The notes: a model not told the origin generated them from the sequence alone. Positions 36,731 through 46,157 are shown, counted from the first letter of the stretch. The stretch: DNA of 55,049 nucleotides from Bacteroidales bacterium (GCA_049520195.1 JBEKQA010000001.1:1-55049), one strand, 5' to 3'. A program made the numbers and translations.

Positions 36731-38593
36731 TTACTGTACGATCATTTTGTGGGTGGTTGATTGACCATTAATTATAACAGTATAGAAATAAACGCCTGAG
36801 CTCAACTGGCTGGCATCAATTGTAAACTGATGTGCACCACTTGTAACAGTTCCTTTATCCATGGTCATCAGGTTCTGGCCTGTGATATTGTTTACATTAA
36901 TGATAACCTTTGAATCCTGCTGCAGATAGACATTAAATGTGGTCAAACCATTGACCGGATTCGGGTAATTCTGTCCTACAAAGTCTCTCTTCGGAGCTTG
37001 ATGGTTGGAAACGCCGGTAACAAGATTCTCTGCGAGGGTACGATGTTCTATAGTACAAGTCTTGGTAGCCAAGGTTGTGGTCTCAACAGACGATCCAGGG
37101 ACCGAAGCGGTCTGATAGATGTAATCGAAATTGCCACCATACAGTACTTTCCCCATTGACGGAAAAACGTACTCATTGAAAATATAGCTGATGTCGCTGT
37201 TGAAATCAATCTGATCAGTTGTCCACATCTGAGCTGCATAGTTATATCCACGTCCCCAGATATGACGATAGTTGCCCAAGCCTGAAGGATCAGGATTCTG
37301 GTAAGTTATCCCAGACCAGATGGTGTATATATCACCATTATCGGCAATCGAGATCTGCGGGAAACTAGTTAAACCTACACGGTAGCTCTGAACTAAGATC
37401 AAAGTATCGCCAGGACCTGTTCCATTTGAATAATAACCCAGCAATTGTCCATGAGCATTAAGGGTATCGAGGTTCAGGCTATCCTTTAAGATTGGCATTG
37501 TAGTATTCCAGTAAATCAAACCGTTCCGGTTGATTATGATATATTCGGTAGAACTTTGAATTTCACCACCACCGATACCGCTAAGTACGTGTACTACACC
37601 ATTTTTCCCCATTTCACAGGCAAGAGAGCCATCTGAAGAATACCATGGAGCTTTATAAGTAGGAACAACTTTAAGATTCTGATTTGCATTTGTCAGAATC
37701 TCAGTCTTTGTCCAAGTATCACCATTATCATTTGATTGCATGAGGAACATATCTGTATAAGGACCACCTGCAACAAAATAGATGGTATCGCCATGAGGAG
37801 CTCCCCATGCATATTCGTCACCACCAAAGCTGGCATAATTAGTAGAATCCAAACCGGGAAGCTGAATACCGCTCTTATCCCAGGTTGTACCTCCGTCAGT
37901 TGATCTCCAATATAGAAGTGCACCATTCAGTCCTTTATAAACTGCACCACCGTTTGCTGTTGGCAGTGTCAGCGCAAGAATGTGAAAGTTTTGATTAGTA
38001 GTACCGTTTGTGATTGATCTTGACCATAAAATACCCGGTGCTCCGCTTGGGGAGGCTGGTTTCAGTGACTGTGTCCATGTACCGGTTCCTTTGGTGGTAC
38101 GGGTACTCATAATCAATGTTGTAGTAGAATTGTGAGCGATTGCATACTCGCCATTCCCATTCCAAGGGCCATAAGAAGGCCATCCAGTTCTTATGCTCTC
38201 AATACGTGCGGAAGGTTCTGCGCCCCAGCTGGTTCCATCATAATAATTATATCCTGTGCCACGATCTAAATAAGATGTTTCAAGCATACCCATAGTCCAG
38301 GTACCTCCCATTGTTCCATCAGGATAAACATAAAAACGATTCTGCGGTGATCCATTGGTCTGACAATCATAACGTGTTGTACCAAGCTGATCTTCCAAAG
38401 TCGATTTTGAAGCGACCGTGTTGTTGTGAGGCTGTAATGGGTTCATCACAGCATTATCAATAGCGAAACGGGGAGCCTTTTGCCCATACTTACCTTGGTT
38501 CTTTGAGAGTTGTGCCATAGAACCAACGGCAAAGGTCAGTGTTAAAGCAAAAAGAAGAATTCTTTTCATAGTTTTTGATTTTGAGTTTAACAA
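36731..38593 (-). CDS. BNR/Asp-box repeat protein with T9SS type A C-terminal sorting domain
   Basis: 620 aa. Asp-box motifs STDGGTTWDK and SNDNGDTWTK are present. The C-terminus NYPNPVNGLTTFNVYL...LSSGVYFYTVIINGQ is a Por secretion tail. The start could instead be the ATG at 38569 (MKRILLFALTL...). Confidence 0.75.
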   Translation of the reverse strand: MLNSKSKTMKRILLFALTLTFAVGSMAQLSKNQGKYGQKAPRFAIDNAVMNPLQPHNNTVASKSTLEDQLGTTRYDCQTNGSPQNRFYVYPDGTMGGTWTMGMLETSYLDRGTGYNYYDGTSWGAEPSARIESIRTGWPSYGPWNGNGEYAIAHNSTTTLIMSTRTTKGTGTWTQSLKPASPSGAPGILWSRSITNGTTNQNFHILALTLPTANGGAVYKGLNGALLYWRSTDGGTTWDKSGIQLPGLDSTNYASFGGDEYAWGAPHGDTIYFVAGGPYTDMFLMQSNDNGDTWTKTEILTNANQNLKVVPTYKAPWYSSDGSLACEMGKNGVVHVLSGIGGGEIQSSTEYIIINRNGLIYWNTTMPILKDSLNLDTLNAHGQLLGYYSNGTGPGDTLILVQSYRVGLTSFPQISIADNGDIYTIWSGITYQNPDPSGLGNYRHIWGRGYNYAAQMWTTDQIDFNSDISYIFNEYVFPSMGKVLYGGNFDYIYQTASVPGSSVETTTLATKTCTIEHRTLAENLVTGVSNHQAPKRDFVGQNYPNPVNGLTTFNVYLQQDSKVIINVNNITGQNLMTMDKGTVTSGAHQFTIDASQLSSGVYFYTVIINGQSTTHKMIVQ

Positions 38594-38608
38594 TTTAGCA
38601 ATTAGCTA

Positions 38609-38616
38609 CAAATATA
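38609..38616 (-). promoter_or_regulatory. -7 box (TAtaTTTG) for the BNR/T9SS gene
   Basis: Plus strand CAAATATA is TATATTTG on the minus strand, 15 nt upstream of ATG 38593 and 39 nt upstream of ATG 38569. Confidence 0.4.
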
Positions 38617-38683
38617 CTTTAAAACATTTCATAATTACAAAATTACTGCAAATTATGTCGTTGTGCAATAGTTTTGATCAATT

Positions 38684-39892
38684 TTAACTTTTCACCTCGT
38701 CATTATAACCCAGCGCTTTCTCTTTAGTATCAACCGGTATTATTGTTGATCTCTGAAATCCTGCATTATCATTAAATAATTTACGATAGGTGATATGCCG
38801 TTTTGCAAAAACCGCGCCAACCGACTCATGCAGGGCCCGCATTTTTGGGTTGAAATCACCTACCCAGGAGAGTTCAACCTCTGTATACTGAGTCTTTCTT
38901 TTCATCACCTCATTCAGATGCCAGAAGATCCCTGATTCAAGACCACAACGCTGGTATTTTGGTTTCACTCCCATAATAACAATCCTGGCCCTGGTCATGA
39001 CTTTTTGACTTTTCATGTAGAGGAACCTCAGTTTATTCCAAAGATTTAGCTTACCATGAAAATGTTTTATGATCTGATTTACATCAGGGAACATGATCAG
39101 AAATGCTACAGGATCATCATTATGATACACAAACCAAATCATCTCTTCATCAATGAAGGCCTTTGCTTTCTCCATGGTCTTCAGGAGAAGTTTTTCTTCC
39201 ATGGGTGTAAAATTCTCATGAAAAGCCCAGGCAGTATCATAAATGTTCTTAAGATCAGCGATGAATTTATTAGCTTCTTTATAAGTAAAATGACGGAACT
39301 GATATTCCGGCTTGCTTCTTATCCATTCCGCTATTCTCCAGAACCTTTCCGGAAAAGGCCTCGTAAGGTCCAGATGATTTGAGACTTGTTCAAAATAAAA
39401 TTTAAACCCATACAACTCAAACAGGCTGCGGTAATAGGGAGGGTTGTAATTCATTCCAAAACCGGGATGTACAAATCCTTCTATCAACAAACCCCAGTTT
39501 ACATCATTTTCACCAAAATTGATAGGGCCATCCATTGCTTCCATTCCTCGTTCCTGCAGCCATTCACGACAGGTATCAAAGAGAAGATGGGCAGCCTCGC
39601 GATTATCAATGCATTCAAAAAAGCCCATTCCTCCGGTCGGCTGCTGAAAAGAGAATGCTTTACTCTTATTTATAAATGCAGCTACTCTTCCGATCAATCT
39701 TCCCTGGTCATCTTTTAGTATCCACCGCGAAGCTTCTCCATGGGTAAAAAAACTATTCTCTTTGGGATCAAAAATAGATTCGGTCTCGCTAAATAGCGGG
39801 CAAACCCAAAAAGGATCATTCTTATAAATAATCCTGGGCATTACCAGGAATTCATGGATTGTGCGTTTGTTATTGACTTCAATTACTTGCAT
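38684..39892 (-). CDS. Conserved ~400-aa putative GNAT-fold acyltransferase
   Basis: 402 aa. The N-terminal pattern (...HEFLVMPRIIYKNDPFWVCPLFSETESIFDPKENSFF...LIGRVAAFIN...GPINFGEND...) resembles a family I recall being annotated as GNAT N-acetyltransferases in Bacteroidota. This rests on recollection only. Confidence 0.5.
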   Translation of the reverse strand: MQVIEVNNKRTIHEFLVMPRIIYKNDPFWVCPLFSETESIFDPKENSFFTHGEASRWILKDDQGRLIGRVAAFINKSKAFSFQQPTGGMGFFECIDNREAAHLLFDTCREWLQERGMEAMDGPINFGENDVNWGLLIEGFVHPGFGMNYNPPYYRSLFELYGFKFYFEQVSNHLDLTRPFPERFWRIAEWIRSKPEYQFRHFTYKEANKFIADLKNIYDTAWAFHENFTPMEEKLLLKTMEKAKAFIDEEMIWFVYHNDDPVAFLIMFPDVNQIIKHFHGKLNLWNKLRFLYMKSQKVMTRARIVIMGVKPKYQRCGLESGIFWHLNEVMKRKTQYTEVELSWVGDFNPKMRALHESVGAVFAKRHITYRKLFNDNAGFQRSTIIPVDTKEKALGYNDEVKS

Positions 39893-39911
39893 AGTGTAAA
39901 TAATGATTAGT

Positions 39912-39927
39912 GTAATTCTGCAGAATT
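39912..39927. promoter_or_regulatory. Perfect 16-bp palindrome TAATTCTGCAGAATTA
   Basis: Read directly. It lies between a minus-strand TAttTTTG box (complement 39948-39955) and the ATG at 39892, so it falls in the predicted 5' leader of the GNAT-like gene, in a divergent gap shared with the LptF/G gene. Confidence 0.5.
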
Positions 39928-39987
39928 AACCCGGGATTATTATCCGCACAAAAATACATTATTTCAAAGAGCGTTTAAAAGAATCGC

Positions 39988-39995
39988 TATTTTTG
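39988..39995 (+). promoter_or_regulatory. -7 box (TAttTTTG) for the LptF/G-family gene
   Basis: TATTTTTG lies 20 nt upstream of ATG 40016. Confidence 0.45.
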
Positions 39996-40015
39996 TAACG
40001 GTCATCAGCAAATTC

Positions 40016-41473
40016 ATGAAAAAACTTTATTGGTATATCCTTAAATCCTACCTAGGGCCGTTGGTGATGACATTTTTCATTGCCGTTTTTATACTTTTAA
40101 TGCAATTTCTCTGGAAGTATATCGATGATCTTGTAGGAAAAGGGCTAGAGTGGTATGTTATTGCAAAATTGTTGTTTTTCGCTTCCTCAACTTTTGTTCC
40201 CTACGCGTTGCCTTTGGCTATCTTGTTATCATCGCTGATGATGTTTGGGAACCTGGGTGAACACTATGAGCTCGTAGCCATGAAATCGGCAGGGATATCC
40301 CTGAACCGGATCATGAGGCCTTTGATTATCTTATCGATCCTGATCAGCTTGCTTGGCTTTTATTTTTCCAATGTAATATTACCGACAGCCAACTTGAAAT
40401 TTCTTTCCCTATTATTCGATATCCGTGAAAAAAAACTTGCATTCAATATCAAGGAAGGTGTCTTTTACAATGGTATCGACGGTTATGTGATCCGTGTCGG
40501 GAAAAAAGATCCGGATGGCAATACCATCCGGGATGTAATGATCTATGACCACACCCAACATCTTGGAGATGTTTCGCTTACCGTAGCGAAATGGGGAAAG
40601 ATGGAGCTGACTCCTGATAAAAGGTTCATGATTTTCAGGTTATATGATGGTTCAAACTATGAGGAGCGTGTTGATCTCAGAAATTCAGTAATAACCCATC
40701 CTTTCCAGCGCACAAAGTTTATCGAGCAGTTTCAGCAATTTGACCTTTCTACATTTCAACTTACCCGTACTGATGAGAAGCTTTTTAAAAGCAATTTTGA
40801 AATGATGAATGTTAATCAGCTTAAAAGAGCCATTGATTCAATTCATAAAGACGCAATCACAGAGCAAAGTAATTTTCAAAGGCTGTTTATCCATAATTAT
40901 AACTTCCTGGCTATTTCAGATACCTTAAAAGCGCCGGTGAAAAGGTCAATCCCTCATAAAACAGTAAAAAACCCCTTTGCAGGATTATCTCCCGGCGACC
41001 GGGGCAGAATTATCGAGTCAGCTAAAAATAATGCCACCAATGTATGTGAAAACCTTAAAGTCAATGCGGAAAATTTCTACCAGAAAGAAAAGAATCTGCA
41101 TCGGTACCAGGTAGCTTTACAAAAAAAATTTACCTTTTCAATAGCCTGCTTTCTGCTCTTTTTTATAGGAGCTCCGCTCGGTGCAATAATCCGGAAAGGT
41201 GGACTCGGTTTACCTGCAGTGATTTCTACGATATTTTTTTTACTGTTTTGGATACTCTCAATTACCGGTGAAAAATATGCCATCGAAGGGGTTTTACCAG
41301 CTTACCAGGGAATGTGGATAGCCCCATTGGTTCTTTTGCCCATTGGGATCTTCCTTACCTATAAAGCTACTATTGATGCTTCATTGCTCGATGTGGATGC
41401 TTGGCTTAAGTTTTTTATGAATCTGAAGTCTCTGGGAAAAAAGAGGTTGCATGAGGATACTTCTTCTTTGTAA
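40016..41473 (+). CDS. LptF/LptG family LPS export permease
   Basis: 485 aa. The N-terminus MKKLYWYILKSYLGPLVMTFFIAVFILLMQFLW is typical of YjgP/YjgQ. A large periplasmic domain sits between TM3 and TM4. Confidence 0.88.
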   Translation: MKKLYWYILKSYLGPLVMTFFIAVFILLMQFLWKYIDDLVGKGLEWYVIAKLLFFASSTFVPYALPLAILLSSLMMFGNLGEHYELVAMKSAGISLNRIMRPLIILSILISLLGFYFSNVILPTANLKFLSLLFDIREKKLAFNIKEGVFYNGIDGYVIRVGKKDPDGNTIRDVMIYDHTQHLGDVSLTVAKWGKMELTPDKRFMIFRLYDGSNYEERVDLRNSVITHPFQRTKFIEQFQQFDLSTFQLTRTDEKLFKSNFEMMNVNQLKRAIDSIHKDAITEQSNFQRLFIHNYNFLAISDTLKAPVKRSIPHKTVKNPFAGLSPGDRGRIIESAKNNATNVCENLKVNAENFYQKEKNLHRYQVALQKKFTFSIACFLLFFIGAPLGAIIRKGGLGLPAVISTIFFLLFWILSITGEKYAIEGVLPAYQGMWIAPLVLLPIGIFLTYKATIDASLLDVDAWLKFFMNLKSLGKKRLHEDTSSL

Positions 41474-42671
41474 TAAATCTCCATACCCTGCCAGGGAAGG
41501 CGGCCCGATTGCAATGAATATGATCATTGAGGGATTGATCCGTGCAGGGCATAGTGTTAAAGTCCTGGCAATCAATTCCAACAAATACAATGTTGAGATC
41601 TCCTACATCCCGGAAGAATACCGGAAGAAAACAGGTATCGAACTTATTTATGTCAACCTGAGCATTCGTCCGATTTCGGCTTTCCGGAACCTCTTTTCGA
41701 GTCATTCTTACCATGTAGAACGATTTGTTTCCCGTGACTTTGAAAAGGCTCTTATCCGGATCCTTCAGGCAGAAAAATTTGACATCGTACAGTTTGAACT
41801 GCTATACATGAGTCCCTATGCCCAGATTGTGAAGAAGTATTCTGATGCACGGATCATCTTGCGCACACATAATATAGAGCACCTCATCTGGCAGCGGGTT
41901 GCAGAAAGCATCAAAAATCCACTTAAAAGAATATACCTTCAACAACTGGTCAGGAAACTGAAGAATTACGAATGTTCTGTTGTTCGCCAGTTCGATGGAA
42001 TCGCAGCTATAACTGACAAGGATGCAGATTTCTTTCGATCAGCGCAGTGTTTGCAGCGGGAGGACAGAAGAGAAACCCAGGTCATTACCATTCCTTTTGG
42101 CATTGATCCGGTTCAATTCCCGGAAACAAATGAAAAACCGGAATTCCCCTCTCTTTTTTCAATCGGAGCCATGGACTGGATCCCAAACATGGAGGGTATT
42201 GTCTGGTTCCTTGAAAAAGTATGGCCGGAAATCCATCGTAAATATCCTCTTCTATACTTTTACCTTGCAGGCCGGCATATGCCACAATGGCTAATGAAAG
42301 CCGAATATCCCAATGTTAAGGTCCTGGGAGAAGTCGAAGATGCGAGGGCTTTCATGCTTTCAAAATCCATCCTGATCGTTCCATTGTTCTCAGGAAGTGG
42401 TATCCGGATCAAGATTATCGAAGGAATGGCAACCGGAAAAACAATTATATCCACAACCGTTGGCGCAGAAGGTATCAATTGTACACATGGTAAGGATATC
42501 CTCATTGCCGACACACCGGAAGATTTTATTACCTGCATTTCTGATTGCGTTGAGAATAAATTTTTAAGTGAAACTATTGGCAGGAAAGCAAGAGACATGA
42601 TACTGTCAGAATATAATAGCGATCTGATTATTTCAAAGTTGACCGGGTTTTATCAAAAAATAATGAAATAA
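41451..42671 (+). CDS. Glycosyltransferase family 4 (GT-B)
   Basis: 406 aa. MRILLLCNKSPYPAREGGP is a typical start, and the C-terminal E-x7-E region is present (PLFSGSGIRIKIIEGMATGKTIIST). It overlaps the preceding gene by 23 nt. Confidence 0.85.
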   Translation: MRILLLCNKSPYPAREGGPIAMNMIIEGLIRAGHSVKVLAINSNKYNVEISYIPEEYRKKTGIELIYVNLSIRPISAFRNLFSSHSYHVERFVSRDFEKALIRILQAEKFDIVQFELLYMSPYAQIVKKYSDARIILRTHNIEHLIWQRVAESIKNPLKRIYLQQLVRKLKNYECSVVRQFDGIAAITDKDADFFRSAQCLQREDRRETQVITIPFGIDPVQFPETNEKPEFPSLFSIGAMDWIPNMEGIVWFLEKVWPEIHRKYPLLYFYLAGRHMPQWLMKAEYPNVKVLGEVEDARAFMLSKSILIVPLFSGSGIRIKIIEGMATGKTIISTTVGAEGINCTHGKDILIADTPEDFITCISDCVENKFLSETIGRKARDMILSEYNSDLIISKLTGFYQKIMK

Positions 42672-42709
42672 TCAGGATTTAAGTATTTTTGCTTTTCCAA
42701 GCCAGCTTC

Positions 42710-43876
42710 ATGAAACTGTTTTTTTTACTTCCGCGTGTACCTTATCCTACTGAAAAAGGAGATAAACTAAGGGCATTCAACCAACTGAAACAACTATCTC
42801 AAAAGAATGAGGTGATCTTATGCGCTCTCAACGATTCCTACCTTCATGAAGATGCTAAAAAAGTTCTTTCTGCTTATGCAAAGCATGTTTATATTATCAA
42901 TATCTCTAAAATATCCATATTTTTTCATCTCTTTACCACCCTGTTCTCCAAAAAGCCTTTACAAGTCGGTTATTTTTATAATAAAAGAATAGAAAGGATC
43001 ATCCATTCCCTTATCGAGAAGCATAAGCCGGATCATATTTTCTGCCAATTAATCAGAGTTGCAGAATATGTAAGAGGAATCCCGATTCCTAAAACCCTTG
43101 ATTATCAGGATGTCTTTTCCAAGAATGTAGAACGCCGTCTGGCAGGTGCAGCATTTTATACGAGACCATTCCTTAAAATGGAATACAAAAGACTTCTTCG
43201 TTATGAGCATGATATTTTCGGGGAATTTGATAATAAAGTGATTATTTCAGTTCCCGACCGTGACTTTATACCTCATCCTGATAGAGATAAGATTGTGGTG
43301 GTGCGAAACGGAGTGGACACATCATTTTTCTTACCCATGAAACGGGAAAAAGAATATGACCTCGTATTTACGGGGAATATGGGTTATCCGCCAAATATTA
43401 ATGCAGCTGAATTCCTGGCCCATAAAATATTACCCTTAGTACTTTTGAAGAAGCCTGACATCAGGATATTGATCGCCGGTGCCAACCCCAACCTCCGGGT
43501 TTCGGTACTGAAATCGGATAATATTGATGTCAGTGGCTGGGTTCCCGATATGAGAGAATGCTACGCAAGGGCAAAGATCTTTATTGCCCCGATGCAGATC
43601 GGGACAGGACTTCAGAACAAATTGCTCGAGGCGATGGCCATGCAGATCCCGTGCATTACCTCCCCACTTGCAAACCAGGCATTACTGGCAAAAGATAATG
43701 AAGAGATCCTGATCGCTGAAAAGGCAGAGACTTATGCACAGCATATATTATTTCTTCTTGCTAACCCGGAAAAAGCAGATAAGATGGCAAAAGCCGGATA
43801 TGACTATGTGTTAAAGAATTTCAGCTGGGAAGTTGAAACTGAAAAAATCGAAAAATTATTACATAATTATAATTAA
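42710..43876 (+). CDS. Glycosyltransferase family 4 (GT-B)
   Basis: From ATG 42710 the sequence is MKLFFLLPRVPYPTEKGDKLR. The C-terminal motif is PMQIGTGLQNKLLEAMAMQIPCITS. The TTG at 42689 in the track is less likely. Confidence 0.82.
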   Translation: MKLFFLLPRVPYPTEKGDKLRAFNQLKQLSQKNEVILCALNDSYLHEDAKKVLSAYAKHVYIINISKISIFFHLFTTLFSKKPLQVGYFYNKRIERIIHSLIEKHKPDHIFCQLIRVAEYVRGIPIPKTLDYQDVFSKNVERRLAGAAFYTRPFLKMEYKRLLRYEHDIFGEFDNKVIISVPDRDFIPHPDRDKIVVVRNGVDTSFFLPMKREKEYDLVFTGNMGYPPNINAAEFLAHKILPLVLLKKPDIRILIAGANPNLRVSVLKSDNIDVSGWVPDMRECYARAKIFIAPMQIGTGLQNKLLEAMAMQIPCITSPLANQALLAKDNEEILIAEKAETYAQHILFLLANPEKADKMAKAGYDYVLKNFSWEVETEKIEKLLHNYN

Positions 43877-43896
43877 AAAAGATGTTAATTTTTCTA

Positions 43897-43927
43897 TGTC
43901 TTCCTTCTCACTTTTCACTTCTCACTA
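43897..43927. repeat. Short 7-8 bp repeat block, reverse orientation of the AGTGA family
   Basis: The plus strand TTCCTTCTCACTTTTCACTTCTCAC (43901-43925) reads GTGAGAAGTGAAAAGTGAGAAGGAA on the minus strand. Confidence 0.6.
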
Positions 43928-43931
43928 AATT

Positions 43932-45611
43932 ATGGCAGACGACAAGAAGATAATATTTTCAATGGTTAATGTCAGTAAGACATTTCCACCGCACAAACAG
44001 GTTCTGAAAGATATTTATCTTTCTTTCTTTTATGGAGCCAAGATCGGTATCATTGGTTTGAACGGGTCAGGGAAATCAACTTTGCTGAAAATCATAGCCG
44101 GTACTGAAAAATCTTTCCAGGGAGAGGTTGTATTCTCGCCCGGATACAGCATTGGAATCCTTGAACAGGAGCCTCTTGTCGACGAGACCAAGACAGTGCT
44201 TGAGATTGTCAAGGAAGGAGTTAAAGAGGTGGTTGACCTTCTGCAGGAATATGAGCAGGTGAATGCAAAGTTTGCAGAGCCAATGATTGATGCTGAGATG
44301 GATAAACTGATCCAGCGACAGGGAGAGTTGACCGAATTGCTTGACCATCATAATGCCTGGGATCTTGACAGTCGTCTTCAAAGGGCCATGGATGCCCTAC
44401 GCTGTCCGGAAGGAGACCGGCCGGTGAATGTATTATCGGGAGGGGAAAAAAGAAGGGTTGCGTTGTGCCGCCTTCTTCTCAGAGAACCTGATATTCTCCT
44501 GCTGGATGATCCCACAAACCACCTCGATGCGGAATCGGTACAATGGCTTGAGCAGCACCTCCAGCAATATAAAGGGACTGTGATAGCCATTACCCACGAC
44601 CGTTATTTCCTGGATAATGTGGCCGGTTGGATCCTTGAGCTGGATCGCGGTGAAGGTATTCCATGGCAGGGGAATTATTCCTCTTGGCTGGAACAAAAGT
44701 CAAACCGTCTTGCCATGGAAGAAAAATTTGAAAGCAAAAGGCGGAAGACACTGGAAAGAGAGCTTGAATGGGTAAGGATGTCACCAAAGGCAAGACAAGC
44801 CAAAGGGAAAGCACGTCTGGCAGCCTATGAACGATTATTAAACGAGGATGTGAAACAGAAGGAAGAACGCCTGGAACTTTATATCCCGAATGGCCCGAGA
44901 TTGGGTAATAAAGTGATAGATGCCAAGGGAGTATCAAAATCTTTTGGGGACAATCTCCTAGTCGAGAAACTTGAGTTTTCGCTTCCTCCTGCAGGGATTG
45001 TCGGTGTGATCGGACCCAATGGCGCCGGAAAAACCACACTCTTCCGCATGATCATAGGTTCGGAAAAACCTGACTCAGGAACATTCCAGGTCGGAGATAG
45101 CGTGAAGATCGGGTATGTAGATCAAAGTCATGCGGCAATTGATCCCGAAAAGACTGTTTTCCAGGTCATTTCAAACAACAGTGAAATTATTCAGCTTGGC
45201 GGCAGGTCGATGAATGCCAGAGCCTATGTGGCAAGGTTTAACTTCACGGGGGCTGACCAGGAGAAGAAATGCGGAGTACTCTCAGGTGGTGAACGGAACC
45301 GGTTGCACCTGGCATTGACCCTGAAAGAAGAGGCTAACGTGCTTCTTCTTGATGAGCCAACCAATGACATCGATGTTAATACTCTCCGCGCCCTGGAAGA
45401 AGGTTTAGAAAGCTTTGCCGGTTGTGCTGTGATCATTTCCCATGACCGGTGGTTTCTTGACAGGGTCGCAACACATATCCTTGCCTTTGAAGGCAACTCG
45501 CAGGTTTATTTCTTCGAAGGAGGCTATTCTGAATATGAAGAAAACCGAAAGAAAAGACTTGGCGACGAAGCTCCAACAAGGATCAGGTACAAGAAACTAA
45601 AAGCGGATTGA
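43932..45611 (+). CDS. ettA: Energy-dependent translational throttle protein EttA (ABC-F)
   Basis: 559 aa. The N-terminus ...VSKTFPPHKQVLKDIYLSFFYGAKIGIIGLNGSGKSTLLKIIAG closely parallels EttA/YjjK. Two ABC cassettes are joined by a linker. Confidence 0.93.
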   Translation: MADDKKIIFSMVNVSKTFPPHKQVLKDIYLSFFYGAKIGIIGLNGSGKSTLLKIIAGTEKSFQGEVVFSPGYSIGILEQEPLVDETKTVLEIVKEGVKEVVDLLQEYEQVNAKFAEPMIDAEMDKLIQRQGELTELLDHHNAWDLDSRLQRAMDALRCPEGDRPVNVLSGGEKRRVALCRLLLREPDILLLDDPTNHLDAESVQWLEQHLQQYKGTVIAITHDRYFLDNVAGWILELDRGEGIPWQGNYSSWLEQKSNRLAMEEKFESKRRKTLERELEWVRMSPKARQAKGKARLAAYERLLNEDVKQKEERLELYIPNGPRLGNKVIDAKGVSKSFGDNLLVEKLEFSLPPAGIVGVIGPNGAGKTTLFRMIIGSEKPDSGTFQVGDSVKIGYVDQSHAAIDPEKTVFQVISNNSEIIQLGGRSMNARAYVARFNFTGADQEKKCGVLSGGERNRLHLALTLKEEANVLLLDEPTNDIDVNTLRALEEGLESFAGCAVIISHDRWFLDRVATHILAFEGNSQVYFFEGGYSEYEENRKKRLGDEAPTRIRYKKLKAD

Positions 45612-45631
45612 ATCAGAAGTGATTAGCTATT

Positions 45632-45870
45632 AGAGTAACAGAGTGGCAGAGTAAGACAAATGCAAAGTGTAATGTGTAAAGTGCAATTAATTTGCACTTT
45701 GCATTTTTCGTCTTACACATTGTACTTCAAAGAAAGTGACACAGTGACAAAGAAAATGTGCCCTGAGTATACCCAGAGCGAACCCAGGGCGAAGGAACGG
45801 TATACTTTCGATATACTTTCACTATACTTTGGATATACTTTAGATATACAACCGCTATACAAACGGCGTT
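45632..45870. repeat. Intergenic short-tandem-repeat mosaic (island 4, left part)
   Basis: 8-bp units at 45632-45687: AGAGTAAC AGAGTGGC AGAGTAAG ACAAATGC AAAGTGTA ATGTGTAA AGTGCAAT. AAGTGACA CAGTGACA at 45734-45749. Ten consecutive 11-bp units at 45761-45870: CCCTGAGTATA CCCAGAGCGAA CCCAGGGCGAA GGAACGGTATA CTTTCGATATA CTTTCACTATA CTTTGGATATA CTTTAGATATA CAACCGCTATA CAAACGGCGTT. Confidence 0.9.
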
Positions 45871-46102
45871 ATTTTTTTACTTTAAACACTGGTATTTAGG
45901 TTGTTATAAAACTAAAAATTTTTAAAAGATGATGTTAATTTCTGGAATACAAGTAGTTACAATTCATATTGTAAAAAGTATGTTTTCTTAATATATTGCT
46001 AAATAATATGTTGGAACCTCCCTTTTTTAGTTAAAAAACTTAAATCTCCAGGCAAACCGAAAATATTCCAAAAAAGAAGCTGACAAAATGTCTTTTTGCT
46101 CT

Positions 46103-46157
46103 CTTCACATTCGCTTGACATTCGCTTGACATTCGCTTGAGGTTCGGTCATGATTTT
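46103..46157. repeat. 11-bp repeat array (island 4, right part), reverse complement of the island-2 unit
   Basis: CTTCACATTCG CTTGACATTCG CTTGACATTCG CTTGAGGTTCG GTCATGATTTT. The reverse complement of the first unit is CGAATGTGAAG, identical to the unit at 24037-24058. Confidence 0.9.

Noticed and set aside
45661-45708. Hairpin AAAGTGCAA-TTAAT-TTGCACTTT followed by GCATTTTT as the ettA terminator
   Set aside because: The stem is AT-rich and short. It is part of the 8-bp repeat array, so alternative pairings exist (TGCAAAGTG with CACTTTGCA). The T-run is only 5 nt. It may still function, but I do not call it.
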